Assembly: GCA_030390025.1 (NCBI GenBank)
Contig: CM059432.1
Coordinates: 41,356,001 to 41,420,000, forward strand
Reading direction: 5' to 3'
DNA length: 64,000 nt
Source: Squalus acanthias
Taxonomy: Eukaryota
Below are positions 1 to 12,546 of the stretch, in pieces. The stretch's first letter is position 1. Every line of letters starts with the position of its first letter. The notes beneath the pieces were generated by a model, which was not told the origin of the DNA, searched no databases, and saw nothing but the letters and a program-made list of their open reading frames with translations. Position numbers and translations under genes: made by a program.

Positions 1-7
1 GGTAAGA
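1..7 (+). other. CDH17: Probable splice donor of the upstream (signal-peptide) exon
   Basis: The window opens with G|GTAAGA, a strong donor. The next exon (4936) is phase 0 and lacks an ATG and signal peptide. The exon itself is not visible. Confidence 0.5.
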
Positions 8-329
8 ACAACATGACTTCGGTGAAAGCATAATAAAGTAGTAACATGGGTTTCTGGACGTATATGAGATAATTTGCTGACATGTATCTTCAAGTCCGAC
101 ATCACTGTGTAGGGTAACTAGATTTTTTAAGCAGTGCAGTACTGGGACATAAGGCCAGAAACTAATTTCTCCATTAAAAGAACTGCCGGATGGACAGAAA
201 ATTGTGGATTGGTGCAAGCAGAAGCAGAAAACCCTGGTGAGATATTCCTTAGCAGCAGAATAATACACTGTGCATTACATGGTATAAAACTCCTGTACTG
301 GTAAAACATTTCAAATCCCTCCAGTTTGG

Positions 330-620
330 CTTCAGCCCTGCTTACATCATGACCACTCTGGTTATACTGACAACTGACTTCCTATGTGACTGTGACCATC
401 GTATGTTATCCCTCTATGTTCTTCTCAATCCATCCACAGTATTTGACGCAGTCGACCATAACATCCTCCTCCAATGCCTCTACTCTGTCGGGACAGCTGC
501 TGTGTTGCTCTTAAGTGCCCTTACAAGGCAGTCAGCATGTCTTCAGCGATGGCTTCTCTTTCCAACCCTCCATATTTCCTCAAGGATCCTTCATAGGCCC
601 ATTCCTTGCCTTGTGTGATA
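330..620 (+). mobile_element. Decayed L2 LINE reverse transcriptase fragment
   Basis: LLNPSTVFDAVDHNILL resembles the L2 motif LLDLSAAFDTVDH; a PQGS-like motif lies in another frame. Confidence 0.7.
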
Positions 621-1007
621 TTGACACAAAGAATAGCATTGGCCATTCCTGCCACCTGCTGCTGTCACATTTAAGGATTTTTGATTTCATTTTTGGTCTT
701 CACTGAAAGGATTTGGGAATTACTTATATTTAAGTGTTGTGTTTTAAAACAAAGTAATTTTGCACAAGGGTTTACTTGTTAGTGGTCAGGCACTGAAGAT
801 CTGTATTAAAGTCAGACAAGCCAGTTTTAAAATGTCATGGTTCACAGTCTATTTCAAACTGAGATAATGAGGGTCAATCGCAATCCCTGCGCCCATTTTT
901 GGGGGCTATCCAATTTAGCCCTCCCATGTCTCCTCCCCTATAGACTCCACTGAATGGGATCCTAGCATCTCCACCATCTCCTCCTCCTTCTACGTTAATA
1001 GATGGAA

Positions 1008-1451
1008 GGGCAACACGGTGGCATAATGGTTAGCACTGGTGCCTCACAGCACCAGGGACCCGCGTTCGAATCTGACCTCGGGTGACTGTCTGTGTGGAGT
1101 TTGCACATTCTCCCCGTGTCTGCGTGGGTTTCCTCCGGGTGCTCCGGTTTCCTCCCACAGTCCAAAAATGTGCGGGTTAGGTTGATTTGGCTATGATAAA
1201 TTGACCCTTAGTGTTAGGGGGGGATTAAATATGTGGGGTTATGGGGATAGGATAGGATATGTTAGGGGGAATTAAATACGTGGGGTTACGGGGGTAGGGT
1301 GGGATATGTGTACTGTGGGGATTAAAGCAGGGACAGGGTACTGGACTTGGATGATCAGCCATGATCGTATTGAATGGTGGAGCAGGCTCGACGGGCCGAA
1401 TGGCCTACTCCTGCTCCTAGATTCTATGTTTCTATGTTTCTATGTTTCTAT
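1008..1451 (+). mobile_element. HE1-like tRNA-derived V-SINE with a CR1-type 3' tail and (TTCTATGT)n end
   Basis: A-box TGGCATAATGG, B-box GTTCGAATC, V-domain GTGTGGAGTTTGCACATTCTCCCCGTG, microsatellite tail. Confidence 0.85.
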
Positions 1452-1461
1452 GGATAAAAAA

Positions 1462-1750
1462 CTTGCATTTATATAGTGCCTTTCAGACCCCCAAAGTTCT
1501 TCACAGTCAATTCACTACTTTTGAAGTGTAGTCACTATTGATTTAAAGGCAAACACAGCAGCCAATTTTTACACATCAAGACCACATAAACAGCAACGAG
1601 ATGAGTGACAAGTTAATCTGGGTTTTTTTGGTGTTGGTTGAGGGATAAGTGTTGGCCAGGACTCCTCACTGCTCTTCGAATAATGCCATGGGTTCTTTTA
1701 CATTGACCTGAACACGCATTCGGTGCCTCAGTTTAATATCTCACCTGAAG
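1462..1750 (-). mobile_element. Deu-SINE (SacSINE1-like), 3' part
   Basis: Reverse-complement similar to 1900-2170 and collinear with 34055-34280. Confidence 0.7.
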
Positions 1751-1767
1751 CCTCGAGCAGTTGATGC

Positions 1768-2172
1768 CAGCCTTGGCTCAGTGATAGCACTCTAACTTCT
1801 GAGTCAGCTAGTTCAAGCCCCACAACAGGACGTAAGCATAAAATCCAGGCTGACACTTCAGTGCAGTAGTGAGGGAGTGCTGCACTGTCGGTGGTGCCAT
1901 TTTTTGGATGAAATGTTAAACCGACACCCTGTCTGCCCTCTCAGGGGGAGTTAAAAGATTCTATGACACTATTCGAAGAAGAGCAGACGAGTTTTCACGA
2001 TGCCCTGGCCAATATTTACTAAAACAGATTATCTGGCCAGTTACCTCATTGTTGTTTGTGAGACCTTTATGTACACAAATTGGCTGTCATGTTTGCCTCC
2101 TACACTTAAATTTTTTTTTATTGGCCGTGAAGTGCTTTGCGACATCGTGAGATCATAAAAGTTGCCACATAA
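1768..2172 (+). mobile_element. Deu-SINE (SacSINE1-like), near full length
   Basis: tRNA-like head TGGCTCAGTG...GTTCAAGCC, core GAGGGAGTGCTGCACTGTCGG, L2-like tail. Confidence 0.75.
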
Positions 2173-2374
2173 ATTCTGGAAATTATGTACCTATTGTTCT
2201 TCAAGGAAGTTTAATATTTTCAAGCACAGACAGGTTTATTTGACAGCCATTGAAGAACTTTTATCACTTCTCTTATAGAGTTCCCATAGAGAAAATAGTG
2301 CCTCAAGGGATATACATGCATTGCAGGATTCTACAGGAAAATATTTTTTACTTCTTCGGTGTGAAGAAGTCTCT

Positions 2375-3396
2375 ACAGTGCATTTAGCTCACAGTTAGTG
2401 CCTCCGGGGGGTGCTAACGGGGCACTAACGACTTACCGCCCATGCACGGCAATTTTAGCGCCGCTTGCAAAATTGACCTGGCAGTTTGCGGTGGCGCGAA
2501 ACACTACTGCCACAATCTCCTGCGCCCGGAGATCATGACGTCATCCAAGCGCACATCGCCCTGGTAGCGCCCCGGACCGGAAATTGATTCTCGCCCTCTG
2601 CCTCAGCGCCTGCCGCTAAGAACGACAGGTAGAAGGGGACATTTTGCAGTCGGCTGGGAGCTGGGGGAGCGCTATTTAAAGGCATGCGCTTCCTGTTTTT
2701 TTCCTGTCGGCAATCAATTCTGCATACACAGGTTGAGAGAGGGAGAGAGGTGTCTGGAGACATTTAACGGTTTCCTACTTGAAGGAGTTTTGGTCGTGAG
2801 CAAGACTTATCAAGTTCCCATATCTGTACCCTTTAGTACTACCACATTTAAAAGAGTTAATGGGGGCTGTACTGGCACGGGGCCGCGCCCTTCAGCTTCA
2901 CCATCGGAGGCAGCGGAGGCGGAGAGAAAGAGTGAAAAACGTGGCCAAAGGATGGAGGGCCAACAGGGCTCTGCACAGGAGACCTCCCTGGGTATTCCGG
3001 GAGCAATTCTCATATATCTATCTGTCCAAGGAGCAGTGTTTTAGAAGGCTCCGCTTCAGCAAGGAGGTGGTCACTGAGCTCTGCCACCTCCTGCAGCCAG
3101 AGCTCCAGCCTCAGTTCAGGACCTGTCGGTGGCAGTGAAGGTGACGGTGGCTCTCAATTTCTATGCCAGCGGCTCCTTCCAGGCTTCAACGGGGGATATT
3201 GCGAACATCTCCCAGTTTGCTGTTCATTGCTGCGTCCGGGAGGTCACAAATGCTCTCTACAAAAGGTGAAGGGGGTACATCTCATTCCCCATGATCCAAG
3301 ACAAACAGCGTGAACGCGCATGTGGCTTCGCTAGGATAGCGGGCTTCCCCATGGTTCAGGGCGCCATTGACTGTACGCACATGGCATTGCGGGCAC
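2375..3396 (+). mobile_element. 5' part of a PIF/Harbinger transposon with a truncated transposase pseudogene (about 2860-3396)
   Basis: EQCFRRLRFSKEVVTELCHLL, then after a frameshift LSVAVKVTVALNFYASGSFQ...ISQFAVHCCVREVT...R*...GFPMVQGAIDCTHMALRAP (HARBI1-like, includes the first catalytic Asp). The subterminal region resembles the reverse complement of the MITE end at 20400-20647. Confidence 0.88.
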
Positions 3397-3932
3397 CTAT
3401 ATAAAGCCCTGGTTAGACCACATCTGGAGGTCTGTGTACAGTTCTGGGCACTGCACCTTAGAACGGATATATTGGCCTTGAAAGGAGTGCAGCGCAGATT
3501 CACCAGAATGTTACCAGGGCTTCAAGGATTAGATTATGAGGAGAGATTACATAAACTGGGCTTGTATACCCTGGAATGTAGAAGGTTAAGGGCTGATTTA
3601 ATTGAGGTTTTTAAGATTTTGAAAGGAATTGATAGGGTAGAGAGAAACATTTTCCACTGGTGGGGGAGTCTAGGACAAGAGCACAAAACCTTAAAATCAG
3701 AGCCAAACCATTCAGGAGAGAAGTTAGGAAACATTTCCTCATGCAAAGGGTGGTAGAAGTGTGGAACTCTCTCCCACAAAAAGCAGTAGGTGCTAGCTCA
3801 ATTAATATTTTGCTAAACAAGGGTATTAAGAGATATGGAGCTAAACCAGGTGGATGGAGTTAGGATACAGATTAGGAATGATTTTGTTGAATGGCAGAAC
3901 AGGCTCGGGGGACTGAACGGCCTACTCCTATA
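3397..3932 (+). mobile_element. CR1 LINE 3' fragment, abutting and truncating the Harbinger transposase
   Basis: LYKALVRPHLEVCVQFW...VQRRFTRMLPG...YEERL; FLMQRVVEVWNSLP. Confidence 0.92.
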
Positions 3933-4119
3933 AGTGGGCTAGATGGATGCCTGAAACTGTTACTATGTATTGATAAGTCTCTTGTCATAATTGCATCCCT
4001 TCAGTGCCTTGTTTCAGTAAGATGATTAATTTACTCTGAGAAGCTTACAGTTCATCTTTAGTAGTTCTGCATTTTTTGCTTTAAGTGCAGTCCAGCTTTA
4101 ATTCTTGTATTTGCACCCT

Positions 4120-4400
4120 TCAGAACAACTTCCTTCGATCCTGCAATGCCTCACCTCCATTATCCAGCTCAGTGGGATTGCCTTTGCTTGGTTCCACTCT
4201 TACCTATTCAATCGTAGCCAGAGCATCTCCAGCAATGGCTTCTCTTCCTACCCCAACACAGTTACCTCTGGAGTCCCCCAAGGATCTATCTTTAGCTCCC
4301 TCTTCTTGCACATCTACATGCTGTCCCTTGGTGACATCAACCGATGATGACTATTTGTTGGACATTCAGTCGTGGACAAGCCATAATTTCCTCCAGTTAA
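4120..4400 (+). mobile_element. L2 LINE RT fragment
   Basis: WFHSYLFNRSQ...VTSGVPQGSIFSSLFLHIYM. Confidence 0.85.
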
Positions 4401-4401
4401 T

Positions 4402-4728
4402 TTCTTTCAGATGAGATATTAAAGCGAGGCCCTGTCTGCTCTCTCAGATGGATGTAAAAGATCCCATGGCACTATTCAAGGATGAGCAGGAGAGTTATCC
4501 TTTGTGTTCTGTCCAATATTTATCCGTCAACCAAAAACACTAAAAGAGATTACCTGGTCGTTTATCTCATTGCTGTTTGTGGGACCTTGTTGTGCACAAA
4601 TTGGCTGTTGCGTTTCCCTACATTACAACAGTGACTATACTTCAAAAGTACTTCATTGGCTGTAAAGAGCTTTGGGACGTTCTGAGATTGTGAAAGGTGC
4701 TATATAAATGCAAGTCTTTCTTTCTTTC
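4402..4728 (+). mobile_element. Deu-SINE (SacSINE1-like), 3' part
   Basis: Similar to 1900-2170; ends GCTATATAAATGCAAG(TCTT)n. Confidence 0.75.
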
Positions 4729-4935
4729 CCAATTTAGTCATGGGGGAAGCTTGCACAAATACATTTGCATCCTAAAGTGACAGGGGTGTGAGGTCTGTTT
4801 TATAAAATAGGGGTATGCACTTGACAAATAGGACAGCCTCTGATTTTTAGCAATGACATTTGTATTTACAATGGCACAGCACTATAGAAATAGCTTCTGC
4901 ACATGTATGATTTCATTTCTTTATATTAACTGCAG

Positions 4936-5037
4936 GGTTTAACCACTGGAATTAATGGAATCTTTCCCAAAGGCCCATTGAAGTCAATGGATCTGACCCC
5001 TGTTGAGGCATCTTCTGTTCCTTTACTGATTTATCAG
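4936..5037 (+). CDS. CDH17: CDH17 exon A (102 nt, phase 0-0): GLTTGINGIFPKGPLKSMDLTPVEASSVPLLIYQ
   Basis: tgcag|GGT...CAG|gtaac; matches human GPLKPMTFSIYEGQEPSQIIFQ. Confidence 0.88.
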
Positions 5038-5849
5038 GTAACTCTCTTATAATTTTGGTTGAAATTGTTTCAAATCATGTAAAAACAATTCTAAACAGTG
5101 AATAGTAAGTAAAAGGGTTAAAATTTTATGAAAATAAAATGAGCAAATGGGTTCGCTGTGCAGCCAGGGGCTGACATGTTGGCTGACATGTCTTATGCCT
5201 CCACTCAACTACATCAGGCCCCACTTCCAAAACTGCATCCCTTGGCTTCCTTGTGTTTTGTGTCATCATATATCACTTTCTCATTCACACTATCTGTACT
5301 GCTTTGCGTGAGTGCCTGGGCTGCTGAATTCAAGGTAAAGGTTTAATAACGGGGTGGGTGAGCCATTGCTGGTGTTTCTAGAGGCAGAGGGGACTTTAAG
5401 GTCTCGCTCTTTCGAAAGCTGTATCCTGGCTTGCAGCCTCTGGAAGATAAAACAGTACTGTTAACTGTGGAGTGCCTTGAACTGCATTCTGTCTTAATCA
5501 GCTGCTGTGTGGATGTCTTATGAGGAAAGCGATTGCTGGTGAAGAGATTGAGGAATGAAAAACAAAAGGTATATGCTTTCACAAACTCACTGAAGGCACA
5601 GAAACCCCCACATCACCATCCTCAACTGGCAGGCCAATTATGGGCATTGCTTCCTTTACATGTGGCGTCAATTACTGGATATTGGCATATCATCTTCCTG
5701 TAGCCTGGCACTGTGCACTGTCTTCTCCTGCAGGAGGAATGCATAGTGTTAATTAGCTGCTGTCGCAAGCAGTCAGGTTTCATGCATTTCCACGCTGCTG
5801 TGTTAAACCTAGCTGATCTTTTAATTTTCTCTTTTTTTTAATCCCAGGG

Positions 5850-5980
5850 TGACTGTGCCCAATTGTCATGCCCCAATTGTTCCCTCAGCTGAGGTCAGCT
5901 AAATTAGCACAGACCAGAGATCCAACCTGGAACTTTCCTGAGTAACACACCGAGCATTGCATTTATTTACTAAGCTACTT
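5850..5980 (-). mobile_element. Ancient tRNA-derived SINE head fragment
   Basis: GCTGAGGTCAGCTAAATTAGCACAGACC.. shared with 12250-12340 and 46740-46835. Confidence 0.45.
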
Positions 5981-6109
5981 GTACAGATAAAGTGAATTTT
6001 CACATTAGTCATTTGTACTGTCAGTGCTAGAGTAAGATGGCACTTTACTATATATTTGATTGTAACACACACCAACTACGATCTGGTATACCGTTTCCTT
6101 TCATCATAG

Positions 6110-6247
6110 TTTCAGGCAACCAACGATGCTGTGAAGTCATTTAGAATGACTGGTGACACAACCAACAGGTTCCACATTGAACAGGATGGGTGGTTGTATT
6201 GCAACGAGTCCCTGGACCGTGAACAACAAGCAGTCTACAAGTTACAG
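6110..6247 (+). CDS. CDH17: CDH17 exon B (138 nt, 0-0), EC1: FQATNDAVKSFRMTGDTTNRFHIEQDGWLYCNESLDREQQAVYKLQ
   Basis: catag|TTT...CAG|gtaaa; LDRE motif. Confidence 0.93.
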
Positions 6248-6434
6248 GTAAAGGGAAATTAATTTATGAAGAAGAAAGTTCTCATTATCGAAACATTGGT
6301 TTATGTTGTTAGGGATACAGAAATAGAAGATGAAAAAAGACAAATTAAGAATTCTTGGAACCCTGGGCACCAAGAACATTAGGGGCCTCTCCGCACAATG
6401 CTGGCCCCCCCACCCCACCCCCTCATATCTATTA

Positions 6435-7080
6435 AAACCTGCTCCTTCCTATCTCTGTAATCTCCTCCAGCCCTACAATCCTCTGAGATATCTGCGCTCC
6501 TCCAATTCTGGCCTCTTGAGCATCCACGATTTTAATCGCTCAACCATTGGCGGCCGTGCCTTCAGCTGCCTAGGCCCTAAGCTCTGGAATTCCCTCCCCA
6601 AGCCTATCCCCCTCTCTACCTCTCTTTCATCCTTTAAGACGCTCCTTTAAACCTAACTCTTCTGCCCTAATATCTCCTTATGTGGCTCAGTGTCAAATTT
6701 TGTTTCATAACGCTCCTGTGAAGCACCTTGGGATGTTTTACTATGTTAAAGGTGCTATATAAATACAAGTTGTTGCCGGAAAATCTGGTCGTAATTTTAA
6801 GAGAGCCTCGAGCAAACGCAATTGCAGCAACCTCGTATATGAGGCTCTGTAACTTGAGGGCGGAGCCAGTATTATGGGCAGAGATGTATTCAGGCAGAGA
6901 AATCTGTCTCAGCTCATCTGCTGCTGAAACCCTCATCCATGCCTTTGTTACCTCTAGACTTGACTATGCCAACGCACTCCTGGCTGGCCTCCCACATTCT
7001 ATGCTACGTAATCTTGAGTTCATCCAAAACTCTGCTGCCCGTGTCCTAACTCGCACCAAGTCCCGTTCACCCATCACTCT
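6435..7080 (+). mobile_element. Two L2 LINE fragments (3' end 6435-6775, internal piece 6895-7080) mixed with a MITE remnant
   Basis: RAFSCLGPKLWNSLP; AETLIHAFVTSRLDYANALLAGLP; (TTG)n tail. Confidence 0.85.
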
Positions 7081-8314
7081 GTAGTTGCGGCCGTAAATGA
7101 TTGAGGAGCTTTGGGTACATTGTACTTACACACTGACTCACCTACGCCCAAAATATTGCATTTTTTTAAGCTGCATAATTGATTTGCAATCTGGTTACGC
7201 TTGTCTCTGGGTGCAAATACGGAGGAAATTCAAGGCCAATTAATTGTTTGTTTTGGGTTTAAATGGAGACTCCATCGTAATCATGATCTTAATTAATTGC
7301 CTTCCTCTTTGGAAGATTGGGAGCAACTGCTAGCCATTGGAGTTTGGAGAACTTACCTTTCATTCAATTCTTCTACTAGCCTATCACCCATGCACTTCCA
7401 GGTCCCCCAAGGAAACCTTGGACCTGGGCTTCCCCCTGCCTCTCCCCCACGCCCCCACCCACCACCGCGATTCCCCTCCCAGAGCTCTTGCAGCCACTTA
7501 CCTTGTGCTGGGGACCATTCCCTGGGTCCCCAGCCGCTGCCTCCGACTTTATCAATTTTAACAGGCGGCAACTGCTTCTCGCCGACTTCCCGGCATTTTG
7601 GTTGGGAAGTCGGAAGCGGCATGCTCATGTGGCCTGCCCGTTAACAACAGCACCAGCAACAACTTGTATTTATATCACACCTTTATAGCAGTAAAACGTC
7701 CCAGGATGCTTCACAGGAGCCATATGAAACAAAATTTTACACCATGCCACATAGGAGATATTAGGACAGCTGACCAAAAGCTTGGTCAAAGAGATTGGTT
7801 TTAATCATCTTAGCCTGCCTTCTGCTCCCAATGTGCAAGCTGTTCGCTTTGCTGCGTTCCCGCCCAAGGCCATTATTGTCCAAGTCAAGCTGAAATCTCA
7901 AATTACTATTGCTGGGCCCTTACTTTGACTCTGAGTGGGATCCAGAGCTAGAGCATACCCTCAGTAATAGTTTACCTCTGTTACCATCTATTAATTTGAC
8001 CCAAAGTGATTCTGTGTCTGCTCTTCCCTTTATTAGTTGTAAAACTTTAAAAGGAGTAGAGCAGCAGAGAGACTTGTTAAGATACACAGAACTTTAAAAG
8101 TAGGAAAACAAGTTGATAAAACTGTAAAAAATAACAATGGGATCCTAGGTTTTATAAATAAAGGGCAGGGGAATGGAAGTAAGTGGACAGCTCTCCAAGG
8201 CAATTGGTGCTGGAGTGACAGGTTTGAATTGTCTCCTTGTATGCCTTTATCCACTTGGTCAACAGAAGAGTTTAACTTTGTAATTCATTGTTGTCATGGT
8301 TTCTTTGTTTTTAG

Positions 8315-8453
8315 ATAGAAGGCCTAAATGAAAAACAAGAGACAGTCGAAGGACCTGTCACTGTGACAATTTTAGTCAAAGATATAAATGACAATCTACC
8401 TAAATTTACACAAGAACAGTATGAAGGAGTTGTACGCCAGAATTCCAGGCCTG
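8315..8453 (+). CDS. CDH17: CDH17 exon C (139 nt, 0-1): IEGLNEKQETVEGPVTVTILVKDINDNLPKFTQEQYEGVVRQNSRPG
   Basis: tttag|ATA...CCTG|gtatg; DINDN Ca2+-binding linker and the CDH17-typical VRQNSRPG. Confidence 0.96.
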
Positions 8454-9477
8454 GTATGTAACATTTTGATAACTTAAGGTACAATCAAAGAGAAAATGGC
8501 CCCTAAATTTTGATAAGGCCCCTAAACTCTGCTGATGGAAGAGTGGTGGAGCAGAGAATCCCACACCCAGTTCCAAATGACAGGGGTAAGATCATTGGTA
8601 AACATCAGAAAAATCGGGATTGGAGAAGAGGCCTGGGGAGAGCCAAATTGTACTGAAGATGAGTAACTTCAGCTCTGATAGGAGCCAATGAGGTTAATTG
8701 AACCTTTCGGGGATTGATAAACTTTTGCCGCAGGATGATTTGGGCCTTTTGTAAGGCTTCAGGGCAACTCACGACAGCTCTCAGCTGTGAGAGTTCCATG
8801 GAGGCATATGGGACGGAAATCCCAGAAAAGCCTGCAAACTCCCCCAGCCATGCCCCTTTGATATGGGGGGAGGGGGGGGGGGGGCGGGGGCAGGTAGGAG
8901 AAGGATTTTCCCATGGAAGCACCCCCCACCTACCAGAAATTGGCAGAACGAAAACATGGGATGGATTCCTGGCGGAACTGGGTTCCAAGCCATTTTCCGG
9001 TCCCTGGTGGGACAATTCACTCGAGTTCCACTCGAAGACTGATGATTGTCCCAATGTTTTTATTTAAAAAGGTAGTAAAGATGTTTTTCTGTTGTGCTAT
9101 TTTCTTTGATACTGTACTTGCATAGTATGTTCATGGTAATTTTTACTTGATAGGCCATGTTCTGGTCATCAGCCTTGAAACTGTAAAACATGCACGAAGT
9201 GCAACCGTCTGATTGCTTCTGCACAGCAATTCTTGCTTTACCTACATCAGAGAGTGACAAATCACCAGGTGGTGAACACGTTTACATAAGACATTTTAGT
9301 TTGTTATGGTTCTGTGTGTTCAGCATCTTTCAAATACTTTAATTCACTTATTTGCATTCAATCCGGTGAGATTTCCTTAAAAATAACCTCAATAGGTTGT
9401 AAGTGCAGTGGCGAGCAAATTGCAGCAAAAATCTTATTCATGGTTTATCCTAATGGCCTATAAATGAAATACATTCA

Positions 9478-10110
9478 TTATTTTTTTTAAGTTTTGTTCT
9501 TGGGACGTGGGTGACACTGACAAGACCGCATTTATTGCCTATCCTTACTCGTCTAAGAAGGTAGTGCTGGGCATTCTGCTTGAACTGCTGCAGTCCTTGC
9601 GGTGATGGTGTTCCCACAATAGCGCTAAGCAGGGAATTCCAGGATATTGATCCGGTGACAATGAAGGAATGTTGATGTACATTCAAGTCAAGTAGTGTGT
9701 GATTTGGAGGGGAACTTGGAGGTGATAGTGTTTCCACGATATTGCTGCTCTTGTCCTTCTTGGAGGTAGAGGTGCGGGGTGGCGGGAGGGGGGGGGCGTG
9801 ATGCGTTGATGTAATCTTGGCAAGTTGCTGCAGTGCATCTTGTAGATAGTATAAAATGCAGCCACAGTGTGCCAGTGGTGGAGGGGGTGAATATTGTGTC
9901 CAGTGGCAGGGGAATTGATGAAGCGAACTGCACTGTCCTGAATGTTGAAGCGTTTCTCAAGTATTGTTGCAACTGTACCCATCTAGGCAAGTGGTGAGTA
10001 TTCCATCATGCACCTGATTTGAGCCTTGTAGATGGTGGAGAGGCTTTGAGGGGTGAGGAAGTGAGCCACTCGTCACAGAGGATTCTGCCTGCTCTTTGTA
10101 GTCACAATAT
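9478..10110 (-). mobile_element. CR1-clade LINE family B, 3' fragment
   Basis: Collinear with 13085-13690; T-rich tail at the left end. Confidence 0.8.
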
Positions 10111-10249
10111 TTTTGAAATTCAAATCAATATATGATCTGAATTCAATTCCCACGTCATGAGTTGAAGGGAAGGGATTTAAAAATTCACTCTATTTCTTAC
10201 CAATGGAAGGTTCTTGAAAGTGCATGGGCATATTGGCAGATGGTGTCCT

Positions 10250-10910
10250 TGAGTGGCTGATACATTTAGTGAAGAAAAGGAAAAGGAAAATTGTCCTTGT
10301 TGGCACTTAAGGATACGTTCTGTAGAGAATCATCCAAAACATCTGGGAGGAGATAGTTACACTGAGGTCATAATGGTGCCTGACACAGCAAATCCCTCCA
10401 ACATGACCAAACTGCATGATGCATGTTCAGTTACGGATACACAAGATCGGCTGCAGGATGCAATTAATGACCACTGCACCTTTTGAAAAGCACCAGTGTG
10501 TTGAAATTGAGCATCCATATCTTGCTGTTATTGTTATTCATTGGATAGGAGATTAAAGTACTGGTCCCATTGAACAAAAAAATTAATTGGTGGATACATC
10601 TGTGGGCAGTAAATTTGGCTGATAAAACAGAAGATCCTTATGCTTGCCTGAAAGCAGGCATAACAGTTGAGAGAGGAAGTTACTTTCACTGTCTGTGTCA
10701 ATGGTAACTCTATGGTGGATGTTGGTTGGAGGTCCCCTTATGGTACATGATAACTGCCTCCCTGCTCAACCGGACCCTGCAGAGGCAATCTCCTTTAATC
10801 AGTGCCAGGGCCTGCAGATACAGTTGGTAACATAATGGTGGGTCCTGACCGTCCAGCTCTTGTACCAGCTGACCTGCCTGGTATGCTTTCTGTGAATTCC
10901 ACCACTTCAA
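10250..10910 (-). pseudogene. Highly decayed Harbinger transposase remnant
   Basis: DCLCRVRLSREAV resembles CxRRLRFSREAV; downstream LP...VKVT and KVQ.VINC remnants appear in the expected order. Confidence 0.4.
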
Positions 10911-11939
10911 GCATTAAAATGATGGTTGGGGTGCTTTGAAAACAAATTAACAATTTGAAATAAACGGTTGTACACCTTTTAGGACTTCCTTCCTCATATG
11001 CAAGAATACTGTTGGCCTTTAGTGCCTATTTTGAACGGCAGACAATTGGAAAATGTAGGATCACATACCAATGCCCTCATCCATCTTTATTAAACATACA
11101 TCCTGAGAGTGTTGCACATTATGTGCAAGAGTTGTTAACACAGGCAGAAGCCCCAGCTATAAAATGTTGCAATATGCAAGGAAGCGAGGATGGCAGCAAA
11201 ATTGATTAAGTTCCCAATCCTGCTTGCAATATTTATGATGGTGAGACTGTAACTGCATAACTGAAATATTTAGTGTATGAATACATGTTTCATTCATTCT
11301 GAGGTGTTCAGCTGTTCTAGAATGTAAAATATGTAAGTGCATTTTGAACCTCACCCAGATGCCCATTGTCATATTTAAATGTAAACAGAATGGCCTAGAT
11401 TTTCTGGTATTGATATGGTTGAGATCCAAGTGACTATTGGTGGGTTTTAGACAGACTCGAATGGAAGCGTGATGTTTGCACCCAATATTTTGAAGTCAGC
11501 TCATTAACATAATTTCAGGTGCAGATTTATACAGGTGTAGGAGCACATCAGTGAAGGCGAGAATTGTGCGGCAGTAAAATTTAAAAGGATAGTGACAATT
11601 AGAAAAAAATGATAAAAATTCAAAAAGCTTTTGGAGAGCCTTAAAAAGGTATCTCAATCCATTTTCAATTTTCACCAAGGCTTAAAGGCCAGAGGACAAA
11701 GAAACAATGCTAAAATGTTGGGAAAGGAAATTCAAGGTGCAAGTACAAGTCTGCAGGCAAGTGACGGAGCAGCCCACCACCAGACCCCCTACTTGATGGC
11801 TGCTGAAGTGGAGGTTCTATCGCTATTAGTGCAACTTTGTATCCATAGTTGAACACATGAAATTCCCTGACTGTTATCACGCTGCCTGATTGCCACCCTA
11901 AAATCAAGCAGGCTGCGGTGGAAAATCCAAGCTTAAGCG

Positions 11940-12340
11940 TAGGGCAGGCTATCTATCCATGGTGCTGGACAGGAAGGTACATCAATTGAAGTTCTCACTA
12001 GATGCCCTGACACACACTCACTTTCCTGTGATATCACTGGACTGCAATCAGGAGTGGAAACTCTTGCTGATTTTTTCCCCCTACCTATTCCCAGGGATGC
12101 TGAAGTCCATTGCACCAGCCCAGGGATGCTGGAGTCCATTGCACCAGCCCAGGGATGCTGGAGTCCATTGCACCAGCCCAGGGATGCTGGAGTCCATTGC
12201 ACCAGCCCAGGGATGCTGGAGTCCATTGCACCAGCCCAGGGATGCTGCAGTTGAGATTAGTTAATTCAGTGTGAACTCAGAATCATTGGATCTTCGGATC
12301 TGTATGGCTCAGTGCCACACCACTTACCCACTAACCAATG
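11940..12340 (-). mobile_element. Ancient SINE hosting a 29-bp minisatellite
   Basis: Flanks resemble 46540-46835 and 5850-5980. Confidence 0.5.
12090..12247. repeat. Minisatellite, 29-bp unit CCCAGGGATGCTGGAGTCCATTGCACCAG x 5.4
   Basis: Five full copies (one mismatch, in the first) plus a 13-bp partial copy. Confidence 0.97.
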
Positions 12341-12455
12341 AAGAAAACCACTCATATTTTGAAAAGACAAAATAATATATACTTTATTGGTGCAAGTAAT
12401 TCTAATTTTACACAACTAAAATGTCTGTATTGCTTTAACTTTTTTCTCTAAAGGT

Positions 12456-12546
12456 GGGGTAGGTTTTGACTGTGCGATAGTGCAAAACGGGTGATAGTGA
12501 ATTGGCAACCTGTTTTACACTATCGCACAAAGCCACAATTTACCCC
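12456..12546. mobile_element. Short palindromic Harbinger-type MITE (family P, deleted form)
   Basis: GGGGTAGGTTTTGAC...ACAATTTACCCC; similar to 28052-28184 and 61720/63347. Confidence 0.7.

Noticed and set aside
1008..1085. tRNA genes at 1008 and 30602
   Set aside because: They are SINE heads that continue into a V-domain and a LINE-derived tail.
2860..3396. Domesticated HARBI1-like host gene
   Set aside because: Frameshift, in-frame stop and truncation by CR1 after the first catalytic Asp; it is a transposon relic.
4974..4990. Palindrome CCATTGAAGTCAATGG in exon A, resembling a MITE central motif
   Set aside because: It encodes the conserved GPLKSM, and no other MITE sequence flanks it; most likely coincidence.
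12090..12247. Possible CRISPR array (29-bp repeats)
   Set aside because: The units are contiguous with no spacers, the context is a vertebrate intron, and there are no cas genes.
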